Source of the DNA: a virus
Lineage: Duplodnaviria; Caudoviricetes
Length of the DNA: 39,220 bases
Direction: 5' to 3' (one strand)
Virus record (IMG/VR): IMGVR_UViG_3300019877_000004
Span: 1-39,220 of that record
The position numbers and the translations under genes were made by a program. This document shows positions 25,101 through 35,341 of this stretch, piece after piece; within the stretch, counting starts at the first letter, position 1; every line of letters starts with the position of its first letter. Under the pieces are notes generated by a model. That model saw nothing but the letters and a program-made list of their open reading frames with translations. It ran no database searches and was not told where the DNA came from.

Positions 25101-25949
25101 ATGAAAATGAAAAACTGGAAGATCTACTTAGCAATTGCAATACCTTTTTTTGTTTTATTGATTTCCTGTTTCAACATAATAAGACCTGGAAATGTTGGAG
25201 TCGTTGTGGATCTTTTAGGAGATAAAAAAGGGGTAGAAGAAAAAGAATTGCATGTTGGAATGCACTGGATAGCTCCTTGGAAAAACGTCTATTCATTTCC
25301 AATTTTTGAACAAAACCATACTTGGGAAGGTGATGAAGATGGGTTTAATTTCCAAACCACCGAAGGGATGGCAGTATCAGCAGATGTCGGGATTACCTTT
25401 CATTTAAAACCCGAAGCAATACCTATTATTTTTCAGAGATATCGAAGAGGAATGCCAGAAATTACGGATATATTTATTCGTAATTTCATTCGAGATGCAG
25501 TTAATAAATCTGCCTCACGTGTAAATATTGAGGACCTGTACGGAAGTGGTAAAGAAGCGTTCTTTGATAACGTAGAAAAACACGTTAGAGAAGACTTGTC
25601 TCCTATTGGAATCGAAGTAAGTAGAATATACCTTATAGGTAGATTTCACTTTCCTCAAACAGTAATAACCGCCTTAAACGCCAAAATCGAAGCCAACCAA
25701 AGAGCGCAGCAACGAGAAAACGAGCTAAGAGAAGCTGAGGCCGAAGCAAAGAAACAAATAGCACGAGCCGAAGGTCAGGCAAGATGTGCTGTGGTACAAG
25801 CGGAATCAGAGTCCGAAGCCAATCATCTGCTTTCAAAATCTGTTACAAAAGAATTAATACAATGGCAAGCGGTTCAGAAATGGGATGGCAAGCTTCCTTC
25901 TGTTACTGGGGAGAGCGTCCCGTTCATACAAATAAAAGGAGATAAATAA
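25101..25949 (+). CDS. SPFH / Band 7 (prohibitin-like) membrane protein
   Basis: N-terminal TM, IRPGNVGVVV, AEAEA coiled coil, KWDGKLP; start revised to ATG 25101. Confidence 0.9.
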   Translation: MKMKNWKIYLAIAIPFFVLLISCFNIIRPGNVGVVVDLLGDKKGVEEKELHVGMHWIAPWKNVYSFPIFEQNHTWEGDEDGFNFQTTEGMAVSADVGITFHLKPEAIPIIFQRYRRGMPEITDIFIRNFIRDAVNKSASRVNIEDLYGSGKEAFFDNVEKHVREDLSPIGIEVSRIYLIGRFHFPQTVITALNAKIEANQRAQQRENELREAEAEAKKQIARAEGQARCAVVQAESESEANHLLSKSVTKELIQWQAVQKWDGKLPSVTGESVPFIQIKGDK

Positions 25950-25950
25950 A

Positions 25951-26232
25951 ATGAATGAAATGATAATTTGGTTTATGGGTGTACTGGCTACAATAATCGT
26001 AAGTGTCATCGGATTTATAGGTAAGGGAATCTACAAAAGACTTGATAAAATCGACGAAAGATTCGATAAGGTTTATGAACGATTCGATAAAGTAGACGGT
26101 GAAATCAAAGGAATACGAAACGACCTACACGCTATCGACAAGAGACTCTATGGTGTTGAGGTTATTCTACATACACAAGATTGCTGCGTAATGAAAGAAG
26201 ACAAGAGCTTGAAAAAGGCAGAGGGACAATAA
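25951..26232 (+). CDS. Membrane-anchored coiled-coil protein (XhlA/CCDC90-like)
   Basis: N-terminal TM then heptads RLDKIDE RFDKVYE RFDKVDG; ends DCCVMKEDKSLKKAE. Confidence 0.7.
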   Translation: MNEMIIWFMGVLATIIVSVIGFIGKGIYKRLDKIDERFDKVYERFDKVDGEIKGIRNDLHAIDKRLYGVEVILHTQDCCVMKEDKSLKKAEGQ

Positions 26233-26233
26233 G

Positions 26234-26335
26234 ATGGGAACATTTGTATTGATTTGCGTAGGGTTGTTTTTTATAGGGAAAGGAGCTTGGTTTTTATATT
26301 TGATGTTAGGAAACCCATTCAACGTACCTGATTGA
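26234..26335 (+). CDS. 33-aa hydrophobic peptide MGTFVLICVGLFFIGKGAWFLYLMLG...
   Basis: Hand-translated; starts 1 nt after the previous stop; SD GAGGG. Confidence 0.55.
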   Translation: MGTFVLICVGLFFIGKGAWFLYLMLGNPFNVPD

Positions 26336-26340
26336 TGCGA

Positions 26341-28050
26341 CTAATCTTCGCTATTTTTTATCTTTTCGTTAAACTTACCCAGGGCCTCTATACGCTCTCG
26401 TTCCTTTTCAAGAACCTCGAATTGTTTTTCTGCCTTTGCAAAATCACCTTTCTTAAGATCATTTAATCCTTTCTCCCATGTAAGCGCAAGCTGAGGCTTA
26501 TCCAACAGCATGTTAACAAGACCATTATAAGCAGACTTTAGCTTATCGATGCCTAGCTTACCAAATGCAATCTTAGGAGAAATTACATATAAAGCGCCTG
26601 TTTTTGCTAAGTCCGACCACCCTTTTTTCTTTGCTGCCTTTAGCATGGAGTGGGGTTTTTCTGAACTTAGCATATCTGCCATCAATCCTTCAAAACGCTT
26701 AAAGTTGGCTTCACCCATAGCGCGTTTGAATGGACGAGCCTGATTCTCGCTTTCGAATATCTTTCGTCCCTTTTTGAATTGCGGGCCCTCTTTGAATAGG
26801 CTGTCGATGAATGTGTCGATAGACTCGGCGTCTGATATATCAGCCCATTGCTTGTTCGTTTCTTTAAATAGCTGGCTAAACTCAGATCCCGGATATTCCT
26901 TCTCAATCGTATCTGCAATGACCCGATTATATTCTAAAAGTGCATCTTTTTTTGCTCTGTTATAAGCTTTGGACTCACCAGGAGAGAAGTACTCGCTAAG
27001 AGATTTGTTGTTTTCTCTATATTTCGCGACAAGACCCGAAGGTCCAACTTCAGCTGATGGTGTTTCTTTTATGAAACCAGTGATGAACTTCTTCAAGTCT
27101 TTTTCATATTCACTCGGCGCGAATCCTGTGGTTTTTCTTTCCGATATCTTTTTTGCCAAAGATTTCTTGACGCTATCTGTATGGATCTTATCAGGAATGG
27201 ATTCGGCTAATTCTTGAACATCTTTGAACTTTTTAGCTATTTCGCTTTTAAATTTAGGATTGTCACTTATAGCTGCGCGCGTGTCTTCTATAGGGCTCGT
27301 AGCAAGTATATCTTCCGAAATATTGCGGAAATCTTCTTCCAATTTCGAGTTGATCTTTTCTATTTTTCCTTCTGAAACAGCGCGAGGCTCTTTCAGTTTC
27401 TCATATTGTCTTTCGGGTAATCCAGAAGGTTTTTTCTTTGTTAGAGAAACTTCTGCTTTTGGAGTTTTTGCCCCTGCCACGCCACCGACAGCCAATGCTA
27501 GTGGATCAGCGAAGACTTCTGGAACACCAGCCTGCTGCAATCCGTATGATGTTGCTGTGGCCGCTACTCCTGCTGTTCCTTTTTGAGATATCGAGCCTGG
27601 CTGTGCCTTAGCGGACATTGAACCTAACCGTAACAACTTCTGGTACCATTCCTTTGGTTCTAATGGTGCTCCTGTTCGTTCCTCTACTTCTCGCCCTATG
27701 TTAGAAACAGTTGGTATCATTCCAAGCATTTTTTGACGAGCCTGTTCATAAGACTCATCATCAAACTGACCACCTTGTTCTTCGGCTAGTTGTCTTAACT
27801 TATGGAATTCTTCCGGGGATAAATCGCTCTCACCCATGGCTAATAATTGAAACAAACCTGCTGCAAGACCGGGTCCTGTACCTTCAGCTATCCCTTGTGG
27901 GATTTGAAGAGCTGTCCGTGCTAAAGATTTCCCAGTAGATTCCTGCTTTTCTTGAGGTTGTTTTTTCTTTTCAGTTTCAATTGGACGAAACGAGGAGGGG
28001 AATTTTTCTTTTTTTTTCTCAATAGGTATAAATGAAGATGGCATCGTCAT
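26341..28050 (-). CDS. Probable internal virion/ejection protein (large)
   Basis: Helical 569 aa with Gly/Ala hydrophobic patches; third gene after the tail module, as in P22 gp7/20/16 order. Confidence 0.6.
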   Translation of the reverse strand: MTMPSSFIPIEKKKEKFPSSFRPIETEKKKQPQEKQESTGKSLARTALQIPQGIAEGTGPGLAAGLFQLLAMGESDLSPEEFHKLRQLAEEQGGQFDDESYEQARQKMLGMIPTVSNIGREVEERTGAPLEPKEWYQKLLRLGSMSAKAQPGSISQKGTAGVAATATSYGLQQAGVPEVFADPLALAVGGVAGAKTPKAEVSLTKKKPSGLPERQYEKLKEPRAVSEGKIEKINSKLEEDFRNISEDILATSPIEDTRAAISDNPKFKSEIAKKFKDVQELAESIPDKIHTDSVKKSLAKKISERKTTGFAPSEYEKDLKKFITGFIKETPSAEVGPSGLVAKYRENNKSLSEYFSPGESKAYNRAKKDALLEYNRVIADTIEKEYPGSEFSQLFKETNKQWADISDAESIDTFIDSLFKEGPQFKKGRKIFESENQARPFKRAMGEANFKRFEGLMADMLSSEKPHSMLKAAKKKGWSDLAKTGALYVISPKIAFGKLGIDKLKSAYNGLVNMLLDKPQLALTWEKGLNDLKKGDFAKAEKQFEVLEKERERIEALGKFNEKIKNSED

Positions 28051-29324
28051 TTTATTCTATATCCTGCTGGCAAAGTTCCAACTTCATTAGCGTTTACCGT
28101 TCCAACGACATTTCCATCCGCATCCATCACTTGGACTCTGGAAGCGTCCTCAGCTTCTTTTTCTAGAGAAGACATTTGATTTTCATTATCTAGATTTAGG
28201 TACTCATCATATAGACGATGAGTCTCATCTTGGATTAACATTGTAGCCAATTCATCAGCTTTCTCTTGAGGAATCCCTTCAAGAGTGTATTTCTTATAGA
28301 CTTTGTCTAGGGCGTTTTCGTATGCGGTATCCATTTCATTATTTAATTGAAGCATTTTTATTATTCGTGAACGCCCTTCTTCGCTATTCAGAAGTCCAGG
28401 ATATTGCTTCATATAGGAAACAAGGTCGAAATTTGTTACGCGTGAACCAAACGCATCTTTAGCACGATTCTGAAATCGAGAAATAATTTTTACCCATTCT
28501 TGAACTTCAGGAGAAACAACACCGGCCAATTGAGCGGCCCCATAAGGTTCTCCGCTTTCCGGATTAATAATTAAACTCTCTATGCCCTTCGGAAGTTTCT
28601 TGTTTAATTTGTCAAGACGCTTGAAATCCGCTGCATCTCTTTTGTCATTATATAGAGATGTTTTATTCTTTAAAAAGATGTCTGAATTTTCTTTTCTCCA
28701 TTGATTACGGGTATCTTTCCAATCCTTTAACGAATATCCTTGTGGTGGTTTAGTAAAATCAGGCCATTCAATATCTTTAGGGAGTTCCCCATTTTTCATT
28801 TGCGGTATTGGTTTTTCTGTTGATGCTTCTTTTTGTTTTTCCTTACCTGTAAAAGCTTCTTCTCCTGGGAAAAGTTGATTAACATCTCCTTGTCTTTTGG
28901 AAATATCAAATAGGTTTTCAGCTAATTTGGTCTTTGCTCCAGTAGGCATAGCCTGCCATAAATTGGCCGCCTTCTCGCCATAATTTTCTTTTATAGTTTT
29001 GTAAGTCTTCTTGTCCTCTATTTTCTCAGATTCTTCCTTCTTGGACTTTTGCTGACCTTCCAGAGACATCTTTTGTTGAAGCAAACTTTGCTCTTGTTGG
29101 CCTTTTAAATGTTGTCCCAAAAGTAGTTTACGAGTTTCTGGATCTAATCCTGTCGTATCTATGCCTAGTCGTTTAGCTGCTTGATTCGCAGCGGTCTCTT
29201 CTCGTTGATTAGCAAGTTTGGAAAAATACTGATTCACCGCCGAGGGGATCGCCTGTCCAACGCCCGTTAGGAATTGAGAAGCGGCTGAAGGGGGCTCTGC
29301 GGCCTGTTGATAGATCTGTACCAT
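28047..29324 (-). CDS. Probable internal virion/ejection protein
   Basis: Helical 425 aa; position. Confidence 0.6.
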   Translation of the reverse strand: MVQIYQQAAEPPSAASQFLTGVGQAIPSAVNQYFSKLANQREETAANQAAKRLGIDTTGLDPETRKLLLGQHLKGQQEQSLLQQKMSLEGQQKSKKEESEKIEDKKTYKTIKENYGEKAANLWQAMPTGAKTKLAENLFDISKRQGDVNQLFPGEEAFTGKEKQKEASTEKPIPQMKNGELPKDIEWPDFTKPPQGYSLKDWKDTRNQWRKENSDIFLKNKTSLYNDKRDAADFKRLDKLNKKLPKGIESLIINPESGEPYGAAQLAGVVSPEVQEWVKIISRFQNRAKDAFGSRVTNFDLVSYMKQYPGLLNSEEGRSRIIKMLQLNNEMDTAYENALDKVYKKYTLEGIPQEKADELATMLIQDETHRLYDEYLNLDNENQMSSLEKEAEDASRVQVMDADGNVVGTVNANEVGTLPAGYRIK

Positions 29325-29339
29325 TTCGTTGCTCTCCCT

Positions 29340-29960
29340 TTATTGTCTAGAACCTAACATTCCTGATGCAAAACCACCAACTCCGCCCGCCGCCGCACCT
29401 CCTGGCCCACCCGATAGAAGTCCACCAATAGCCCCTGGTATTGCTCCACCAAGGCCGCCTAGAAAGCCACCCCATGCGCTTGGCTTCTGCTGCTTATCGA
29501 CTAAAAATTGCTCATAGGGCCTCTGTGAAAGGAGATTGCTACCTAATCCCATCAATTCTCTGATGGCTTGTTGTTGGAGTGACTGTCTCCTTGATTGGAG
29601 GTCTTGAGCAAAATTTGATGAAGCTTGTGACATATCATTTTGAAAGCCGCTGCTTTGTCGAGATCCAAAACTTCCTTTGCCACCCATGCCACTAAAACGA
29701 GATGCAATGTTGCCTTGCTGCGCATTAAACTGTCTAAAGGCAGGCGCTTCCATCTCGTCAAATATTCCTTCTTCCCCGGCACCCAAGCGCGATAGATAGC
29801 TTTCAGGAGAAACATGCTGAAATAGTTGTTTGAATAGGCTCATCATCTCAGGCGTGAAGTTTCCTAGTTGCCCAAGCTTCATGCCCTTTGGGGTTATGTT
29901 TCCTACTGTTGAACCTGTGGGACCTTTCCCAGAGAATGGGTTTGATAGACCGTATGACAT
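29340..29960 (-). CDS. Probable ejection/pilot protein (start revised to ATG 29960)
   Basis: Gln-rich core with Gly-zipper C-terminus; GAGGTG-N6-ATG. Confidence 0.65.
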   Translation of the reverse strand: MSYGLSNPFSGKGPTGSTVGNITPKGMKLGQLGNFTPEMMSLFKQLFQHVSPESYLSRLGAGEEGIFDEMEAPAFRQFNAQQGNIASRFSGMGGKGSFGSRQSSGFQNDMSQASSNFAQDLQSRRQSLQQQAIRELMGLGSNLLSQRPYEQFLVDKQQKPSAWGGFLGGLGGAIPGAIGGLLSGGPGGAAAGGVGGFASGMLGSRQ

Positions 29961-30027
29961 GTTTAACACCTCGCGTGTCTTGTTTCCTTTACTATAGCGT
30001 AAAGATAAATTTATTACCTATGTTTTC

Positions 30028-30516
30028 TTATGGCTGTCCGATCCACTCTATAACCAGGGTTCCGGATGTAAGAGCAGGGGCGCCAGCGCCAACATTGAAA
30101 CGGATGCTATCTGAAGTTGTTGACGCTCCATCGACTTCAACCCAGAATGTGATTTGTCCCGCTATTGCTACGTTTGTGGCAGGTATGAGCCCATACCATG
30201 ATGTAACGCTAAGATATGTTCCAAAGAAGCGTGTGAAGCCTGCAATGGTGTTTATCTTAAATCCTAGTGGTATGGTAGCTGTCGTAGTGAATGTGTACAC
30301 TTGACGCAAGCCTTGTTGTCTTTGGCTAGAAACGAACCATGTTTCGCCATTGATAGCAGGAGAATTTATAGTAAATATGCCTATAGTGCGTGTGTTAACG
30401 GCATTGCTGGTGTCGATGTATGACTTGTTAACCTCTACAGTAAGTTGATTAAGTTCAGCAGGGAATTCTCTTGAAGTGCGCAGATAGGGCATCTGGTTTA
30501 CAATGTTCGAACTCAT
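30028..30516 (-). CDS. Tail-associated virion protein
   Basis: 162 aa, helical N-terminus and beta C-terminus, after the nozzle gene. Confidence 0.6.
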   Translation of the reverse strand: MSSNIVNQMPYLRTSREFPAELNQLTVEVNKSYIDTSNAVNTRTIGIFTINSPAINGETWFVSSQRQQGLRQVYTFTTTATIPLGFKINTIAGFTRFFGTYLSVTSWYGLIPATNVAIAGQITFWVEVDGASTTSDSIRFNVGAGAPALTSGTLVIEWIGQP

Positions 30517-30528
30517 ATGTTAATGCCT

Positions 30529-33500
30529 TTATACAAGTAGTTGAGATGGTGATACGTCTAACACAAAGCTGTGAAGTTCTATCTCGGCAAATTGTGAATC
30601 GGGCGCTACAATAACACCCACTCCACCTGAAGTATAAAGTGTGAATGCTGTGGAATCGACGTCAATCGTGATTGTTGTTGCTGTTGTTGAGATGATGTTA
30701 TAGTTGTTTGGATTTGCTAAGGAAGAATCAAAATTCAGCTGCGTCATGCCTTGCACACCGGTTATCTGTATTAGATCATCCGCACTTAAAGTGTTAACGG
30801 CATTCAAAACACAAGGATATGCTTGTGAAGCACCTGTAATAGTCACAAAGATATCTCCAGGGGTAAGAGAACGCATTTGATCTTCTGAGAGTGTAATAGC
30901 AACTTGTACAGTATCGCCAATCAATGAGGTGTTTTTTCTATGCCATATTTGGTCTTGTTGAATTGCAGTAGGGGTTTGCAAGTTTATGTTAGATGGTGTT
31001 AGGCCTATATTAATGCTTTCTGGGCATGTATAGAGTATCGTGCTATAAATCAAGGAACTATTAACTACGTTACCGCTAGGAACGATAGGGCCATCGTTAT
31101 ATGCACTAGACGCGTTTTGACTTAAAAATATAAGCAAACTTACTTGAGCTTTTTCAGTTGCTTCTAGAAGATATTGCTGAGGGCCAAGGCGTGTTTTTCT
31201 ACCCATATCCCAAGCCAAAGGAAATTGCTTTGTTTGGATAAATGGAACGTACATACGGGTGATTAATCCAGATCCTAGATATGTCGGAGATCCCAACAGT
31301 GTAGGGTTTAGTATGAATGTATCTTTGGTGGCAGAAGTCACAGAAAATATCTTATTGTTGACTTGGGCAGAAACGGTTCCCAGGCATTCCGAAATGATAA
31401 TGAAATCACCGTTATTTAAACAGTGATCATAACAAGTAACGGTGCTTCCAGAGAAACTGGTAATTGCAAGTGAGGACTCTTCCGTTGTTCCATCATCTCT
31501 AGTAAACACAAACCCTTGTTGATTTCCTGCAATGACGATAGGAGCCAGTAGAGTGGTAGAGCCAGCATTCCAGGGTTCATTCCATTGACGCCATGAATGA
31601 AATTGATTTCCGATATTTAACCAGGTGTATCCTGTGCGTCTTCGGAATAGTCCATACGTAGTATATGTCTCATCGAAAATACCCCATGAATTATCCCTAT
31701 AGTTATATTGTAATGTCTGATTTGGATAAAGGTATGTTGCATTTGCAGTCGCTACAGGATAAGTAAAATAGGCCCATTCCGTGATGAAATCCCGAAAAGC
31801 AGTTATGCGTTCTGCACCATTATCAAGTTGCTTAATCTGAAAAGTTTGATCAGGGATCTCAAGATCTAGTCGTTGAGATTGTGTTTGACTTGTGATTATA
31901 AAACCTCTGAAACCGCGCGTCATCACCCCTTGGTCCATATTGATGATCGAGAATGTGCTGCTTGTTCCGAACTCCGAGTTAACGAAAAAGAAGTTAAATG
32001 GCACAAGATCGCTACCAGAATAAATAAGCTTAGCTTGAAGACCAGAAAAGCCTAAGATCACCACATCTTCATTTAAAGAAGCCGAAACGATGGGTTGATC
32101 GATGCCAGCCTTGACAAACCCACCAAAACCAAAGACATCTTCGAAATATGCAGGAGCGTTTGCTACCTGATTATCTGGAACCAAGAAGGGGGTAAATATT
32201 GTTTGAGAGGATATGGGATCACCGGTGAAGGAAGAAGTATAATACGGAGTTCCATTCTGACTATAGATTATCGTATCTCGAAGATATATTTGGCTGTTGG
32301 GTGATGATGTTTGAACGACTGGCCCAAAGAAAAGAAGCCTATCCTTGAAAGGTAAAATCATCCTAGCGCCAACCAAGTAGTATTTGGCCGCTGGAAGATT
32401 GGATATTGAAAATATTGAATTAGATAATGGTGGAGCGAAATTGACCCATCCATGCCCACCATTTAGTGTAGGGCTTGTAGGGTTACCGTTCGTTGGATCA
32501 CCATCAAAAAAACGTAGGCTGTCTTTTGTTACGTCTGCACGATTTGTTAGATACTGTGCAATGCCGCCAGTTGTATAAGCGCCTCCTAAGGTAGCATTAG
32601 GAAAGACAACCGTCACAGTGTTTGCGTTTACAACAACCGTCACATATCCTGTTTGATAATTGATTCCAGTTATACCGTTGACCTCATTTATATAAACGAA
32701 ATCCCCTACAACCAACCCATGAGCTACAATTGTAAGATTGGCAGTTGCAGGAGGCCCAGGAACAAGTATGGCGACACCTGTAATGTTCTTGTATTGCATA
32801 CCGATGTTAGTGATCGAGAAAGGTATCGTTATGCCGTTTGTAGCCCACAAGGCACCTTGATAATTAGTGGTCCAAAATTGCTGATAATTGGCTCCATTCC
32901 ATGTAGTTGGTGTCGGGGTTGTCTTTGGAATATAACTAACAGGCATTCCAAGAGTTGATGGGTTCTTGTAGAAACTAACGTCGTAGGCTATGTTAGGGGC
33001 GGTTTGCGTGATATAATAAGAATATACCGTATCGAATGCAAGAGTGCGCGGGAAGTCAATATCTGTTGCCTCTTCTTCTTCTAAACCCATTACAGGGAGA
33101 GCTGGATGGTAAATAAAAACAGCTGTGTAGGAACTCCCCGCTTGCGCTGGGATTGTAATAACGCCCGTCGCATAATTGATGGTGTTGACTCCACCTGTAC
33201 CTGTAGGTGTTAAATATCCGTCTAGTGTCGGATCGGTAAAAGGCCCTCCAGGTCCAGTCAACGTAACAGTACCCGGAACAATATTTCCATGAGATTGAAG
33301 TCCGAAACCAGTAAGTAAATTACCAACACCACTTCCGTTTAGGGTTATGGTTGTCGAGCCAGAGTTATAAGAGATAGAGGTTGAGTTAAAAAAACGTTGT
33401 AGGCGTACTAAGAGAGATGTTCCACGCTTTCTTTTTACACGACCACGCCATTGATATGCGTTAATTAATCTTGGAAATGAGTCATTGTCGATCACGAATG

Positions 33501-33558
33501 CTGTTACATCATTCCTTAAACCGCGATTTATAGGTCCGACAACGATCTTATGACCCAT
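30529..33558 (-). CDS. Tail nozzle / tubular protein B-like, with inserted E1-FCCH-like modules
   Basis: 1009 aa; RGRVKRKRG N-terminal motif, FKDRLLFF, YNYRDNSW propeller-like motifs. Confidence 0.7.
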   Translation of the reverse strand: MGHKIVVGPINRGLRNDVTAFVIDNDSFPRLINAYQWRGRVKRKRGTSLLVRLQRFFNSTSISYNSGSTTITLNGSGVGNLLTGFGLQSHGNIVPGTVTLTGPGGPFTDPTLDGYLTPTGTGGVNTINYATGVITIPAQAGSSYTAVFIYHPALPVMGLEEEEATDIDFPRTLAFDTVYSYYITQTAPNIAYDVSFYKNPSTLGMPVSYIPKTTPTPTTWNGANYQQFWTTNYQGALWATNGITIPFSITNIGMQYKNITGVAILVPGPPATANLTIVAHGLVVGDFVYINEVNGITGINYQTGYVTVVVNANTVTVVFPNATLGGAYTTGGIAQYLTNRADVTKDSLRFFDGDPTNGNPTSPTLNGGHGWVNFAPPLSNSIFSISNLPAAKYYLVGARMILPFKDRLLFFGPVVQTSSPNSQIYLRDTIIYSQNGTPYYTSSFTGDPISSQTIFTPFLVPDNQVANAPAYFEDVFGFGGFVKAGIDQPIVSASLNEDVVILGFSGLQAKLIYSGSDLVPFNFFFVNSEFGTSSTFSIINMDQGVMTRGFRGFIITSQTQSQRLDLEIPDQTFQIKQLDNGAERITAFRDFITEWAYFTYPVATANATYLYPNQTLQYNYRDNSWGIFDETYTTYGLFRRRTGYTWLNIGNQFHSWRQWNEPWNAGSTTLLAPIVIAGNQQGFVFTRDDGTTEESSLAITSFSGSTVTCYDHCLNNGDFIIISECLGTVSAQVNNKIFSVTSATKDTFILNPTLLGSPTYLGSGLITRMYVPFIQTKQFPLAWDMGRKTRLGPQQYLLEATEKAQVSLLIFLSQNASSAYNDGPIVPSGNVVNSSLIYSTILYTCPESINIGLTPSNINLQTPTAIQQDQIWHRKNTSLIGDTVQVAITLSEDQMRSLTPGDIFVTITGASQAYPCVLNAVNTLSADDLIQITGVQGMTQLNFDSSLANPNNYNIISTTATTITIDVDSTAFTLYTSGGVGVIVAPDSQFAEIELHSFVLDVSPSQLLV

Positions 33559-33562
33559 GTGA

Positions 33563-34138
33563 TTAATATCCTATTGCCAGGTATTGCCAAACCGTCCCAA
33601 CTGTAGTGGCGGCTGTTGTAAAAGACGCAGCTGTCTTTGCTATTACAGATGGAAAATTTATACCAGCACCATTAGTTACAGGAGTAATAAATACACCTAA
33701 GGTGGCATTAGGAAAAGCAGCAGCATAAGCAGTCACTACAGGGTTTGGATTATTTCCTATAAAAGTTCCACCTTTGATAATCATCCCACCAAAGAGAAAG
33801 GTGCTGTAGGATGCTACGCTTGTATTGTAATATTGCGTTGAGCTTTGAGCAGCATTTCCTGAATAGTAAAACAGCTCTGGTAGAGAACCTATACCCGCAT
33901 TTGGAGCCATCGTTTTAATGAATAATTGCGGAGGGCTTACAGGTGGTACAGGAACATAACTTGTGTCTATGTTGAAGTGAATTGCTTTATGCTCACCTCC
34001 ATTGTTTACGGCAAGAGTGATATGATCCACGGCAATAATATCTTGTATAGAATTAGTGTTTTCCTCCATTAGAGGTTGATCGGATGATGGGTTATTCGGG
34101 CCATCTGGAGTATTTCGATTGTATTTGAAGTTCGTCAT
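33563..34138 (-). CDS. Short tail fibre-like protein
   Basis: GMIIKGG...AFPNA...YLAIGY C-terminal fibre tip pattern. Confidence 0.6.
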   Translation of the reverse strand: MTNFKYNRNTPDGPNNPSSDQPLMEENTNSIQDIIAVDHITLAVNNGGEHKAIHFNIDTSYVPVPPVSPPQLFIKTMAPNAGIGSLPELFYYSGNAAQSSTQYYNTSVASYSTFLFGGMIIKGGTFIGNNPNPVVTAYAAAFPNATLGVFITPVTNGAGINFPSVIAKTAASFTTAATTVGTVWQYLAIGY

Positions 34139-35340
34139 ATGGATGTTCCTCCGATGTTGTTTAAACCATTCTGTCCGTTGTTGATTCCTTGACTATAAAT
34201 CGTCTGCGTGCGATCATTTGTCCACTGACGCTGACTGCGTTTCCAAACAAGTAGCTCCTGCTCTTTGAAGAGGGGTTCATAGAATTGGAATTGTTCTACG
34301 TCGCCAGTGTCAGATAGTATTTTTCTAGCTGCGCCACGCGCAATGTATTCAGCCATGTAGCCGAAGGGGATAGCGGCTTCAGTGTTGAAGAAAGCGGCAG
34401 GGGACAGATAAGCATCCATCTCTATGAGATATTGCCTATCTGGTGGCGAGCGTAGTGTAAGAGTGTTATTGTAATATAATATGGACCGTGGAAGACCTGT
34501 TTGGAAATAATAATATTGGCAATAGATTGTCACCCCTGAAGGGATAGCTGTTGGGAAATACACATTAGTGGCAACACCCGTAAGATAATTGATGGTATTT
34601 TGCGTGGTTGTATAGCCGTTAACTAATGCTGTGTTCCCATACGGTGCCGACCCCGGGGTCATGAGAAGGCCAAGATTAATGTTACTAGTCAGGAATTGAC
34701 CACTGTCACTGACAACAATGTTGCTTCCGTCTGTATTGGTTGCTGTGAAATAAACAGCAGGAAAGATACTCGTGGTGGGGATCGCGGTATTGATCGTTGT
34801 GCCAACAGGTGGATCGACATTAGCGGCTGTGGCAATAATGCCTGTAATGTCCACGTGCCCTCGCAATATTGCGTTAACTGGATTATTCAATGGGGTTTGA
34901 TTTCCAGGGGACAAAGGTACGGTTATGGTATATGGACCAGTGGTCCCATTACCTTGAGTAAAGGTGGCCGCATTTTGTGTGACATTCGGCCAGACATTGA
35001 AGAAATTATTCTTTTGTGTCTGCAATGGTGTTTGGATGCCGTTTATGTAAGCCGGGGAGACAAATCCCTGGTAAACAGGATATGATGCAATGCTTGGTTG
35101 CGCATTAACACCTGTTGTTTGGGTCTGTAAGTTGTATAAAGGCATGTTGTAGCGATCAACTCCAGGTTGTGTCTGGAATTGATATGACGTTTTCAAATCG
35201 AAGACTTGCATGCGCGCGTCGACATCTGCGATCCAAAACCTGTTAATATAGTCAATCAACAGGTCATCGGTTATGTCTGCATTCGAAGGGCTCTTGATTA
35301 TCCTACGGACGTAGGTAATAATATCTTGCAGTAGATTAAT
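34135..35340 (-). CDS. Head-tail adaptor / tubular protein A-like (401 aa with proposed ATT start)
   Basis: Frame open 27 codons upstream of TTG 35259 to ATT, with AGGAG 6 nt before; extension gives the adaptor-type helix LQDIITYVRRII...DLLIDYIN. Confidence 0.7.
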   Translation of the reverse strand: MNLLQDIITYVRRIIKSPSNADITDDLLIDYINRFWIADVDARMQVFDLKTSYQFQTQPGVDRYNMPLYNLQTQTTGVNAQPSIASYPVYQGFVSPAYINGIQTPLQTQKNNFFNVWPNVTQNAATFTQGNGTTGPYTITVPLSPGNQTPLNNPVNAILRGHVDITGIIATAANVDPPVGTTINTAIPTTSIFPAVYFTATNTDGSNIVVSDSGQFLTSNINLGLLMTPGSAPYGNTALVNGYTTTQNTINYLTGVATNVYFPTAIPSGVTIYCQYYYFQTGLPRSILYYNNTLTLRSPPDRQYLIEMDAYLSPAAFFNTEAAIPFGYMAEYIARGAARKILSDTGDVEQFQFYEPLFKEQELLVWKRSQRQWTNDRTQTIYSQGINNGQNGLNNIGGTSI

Positions 35341-35341
35341 T

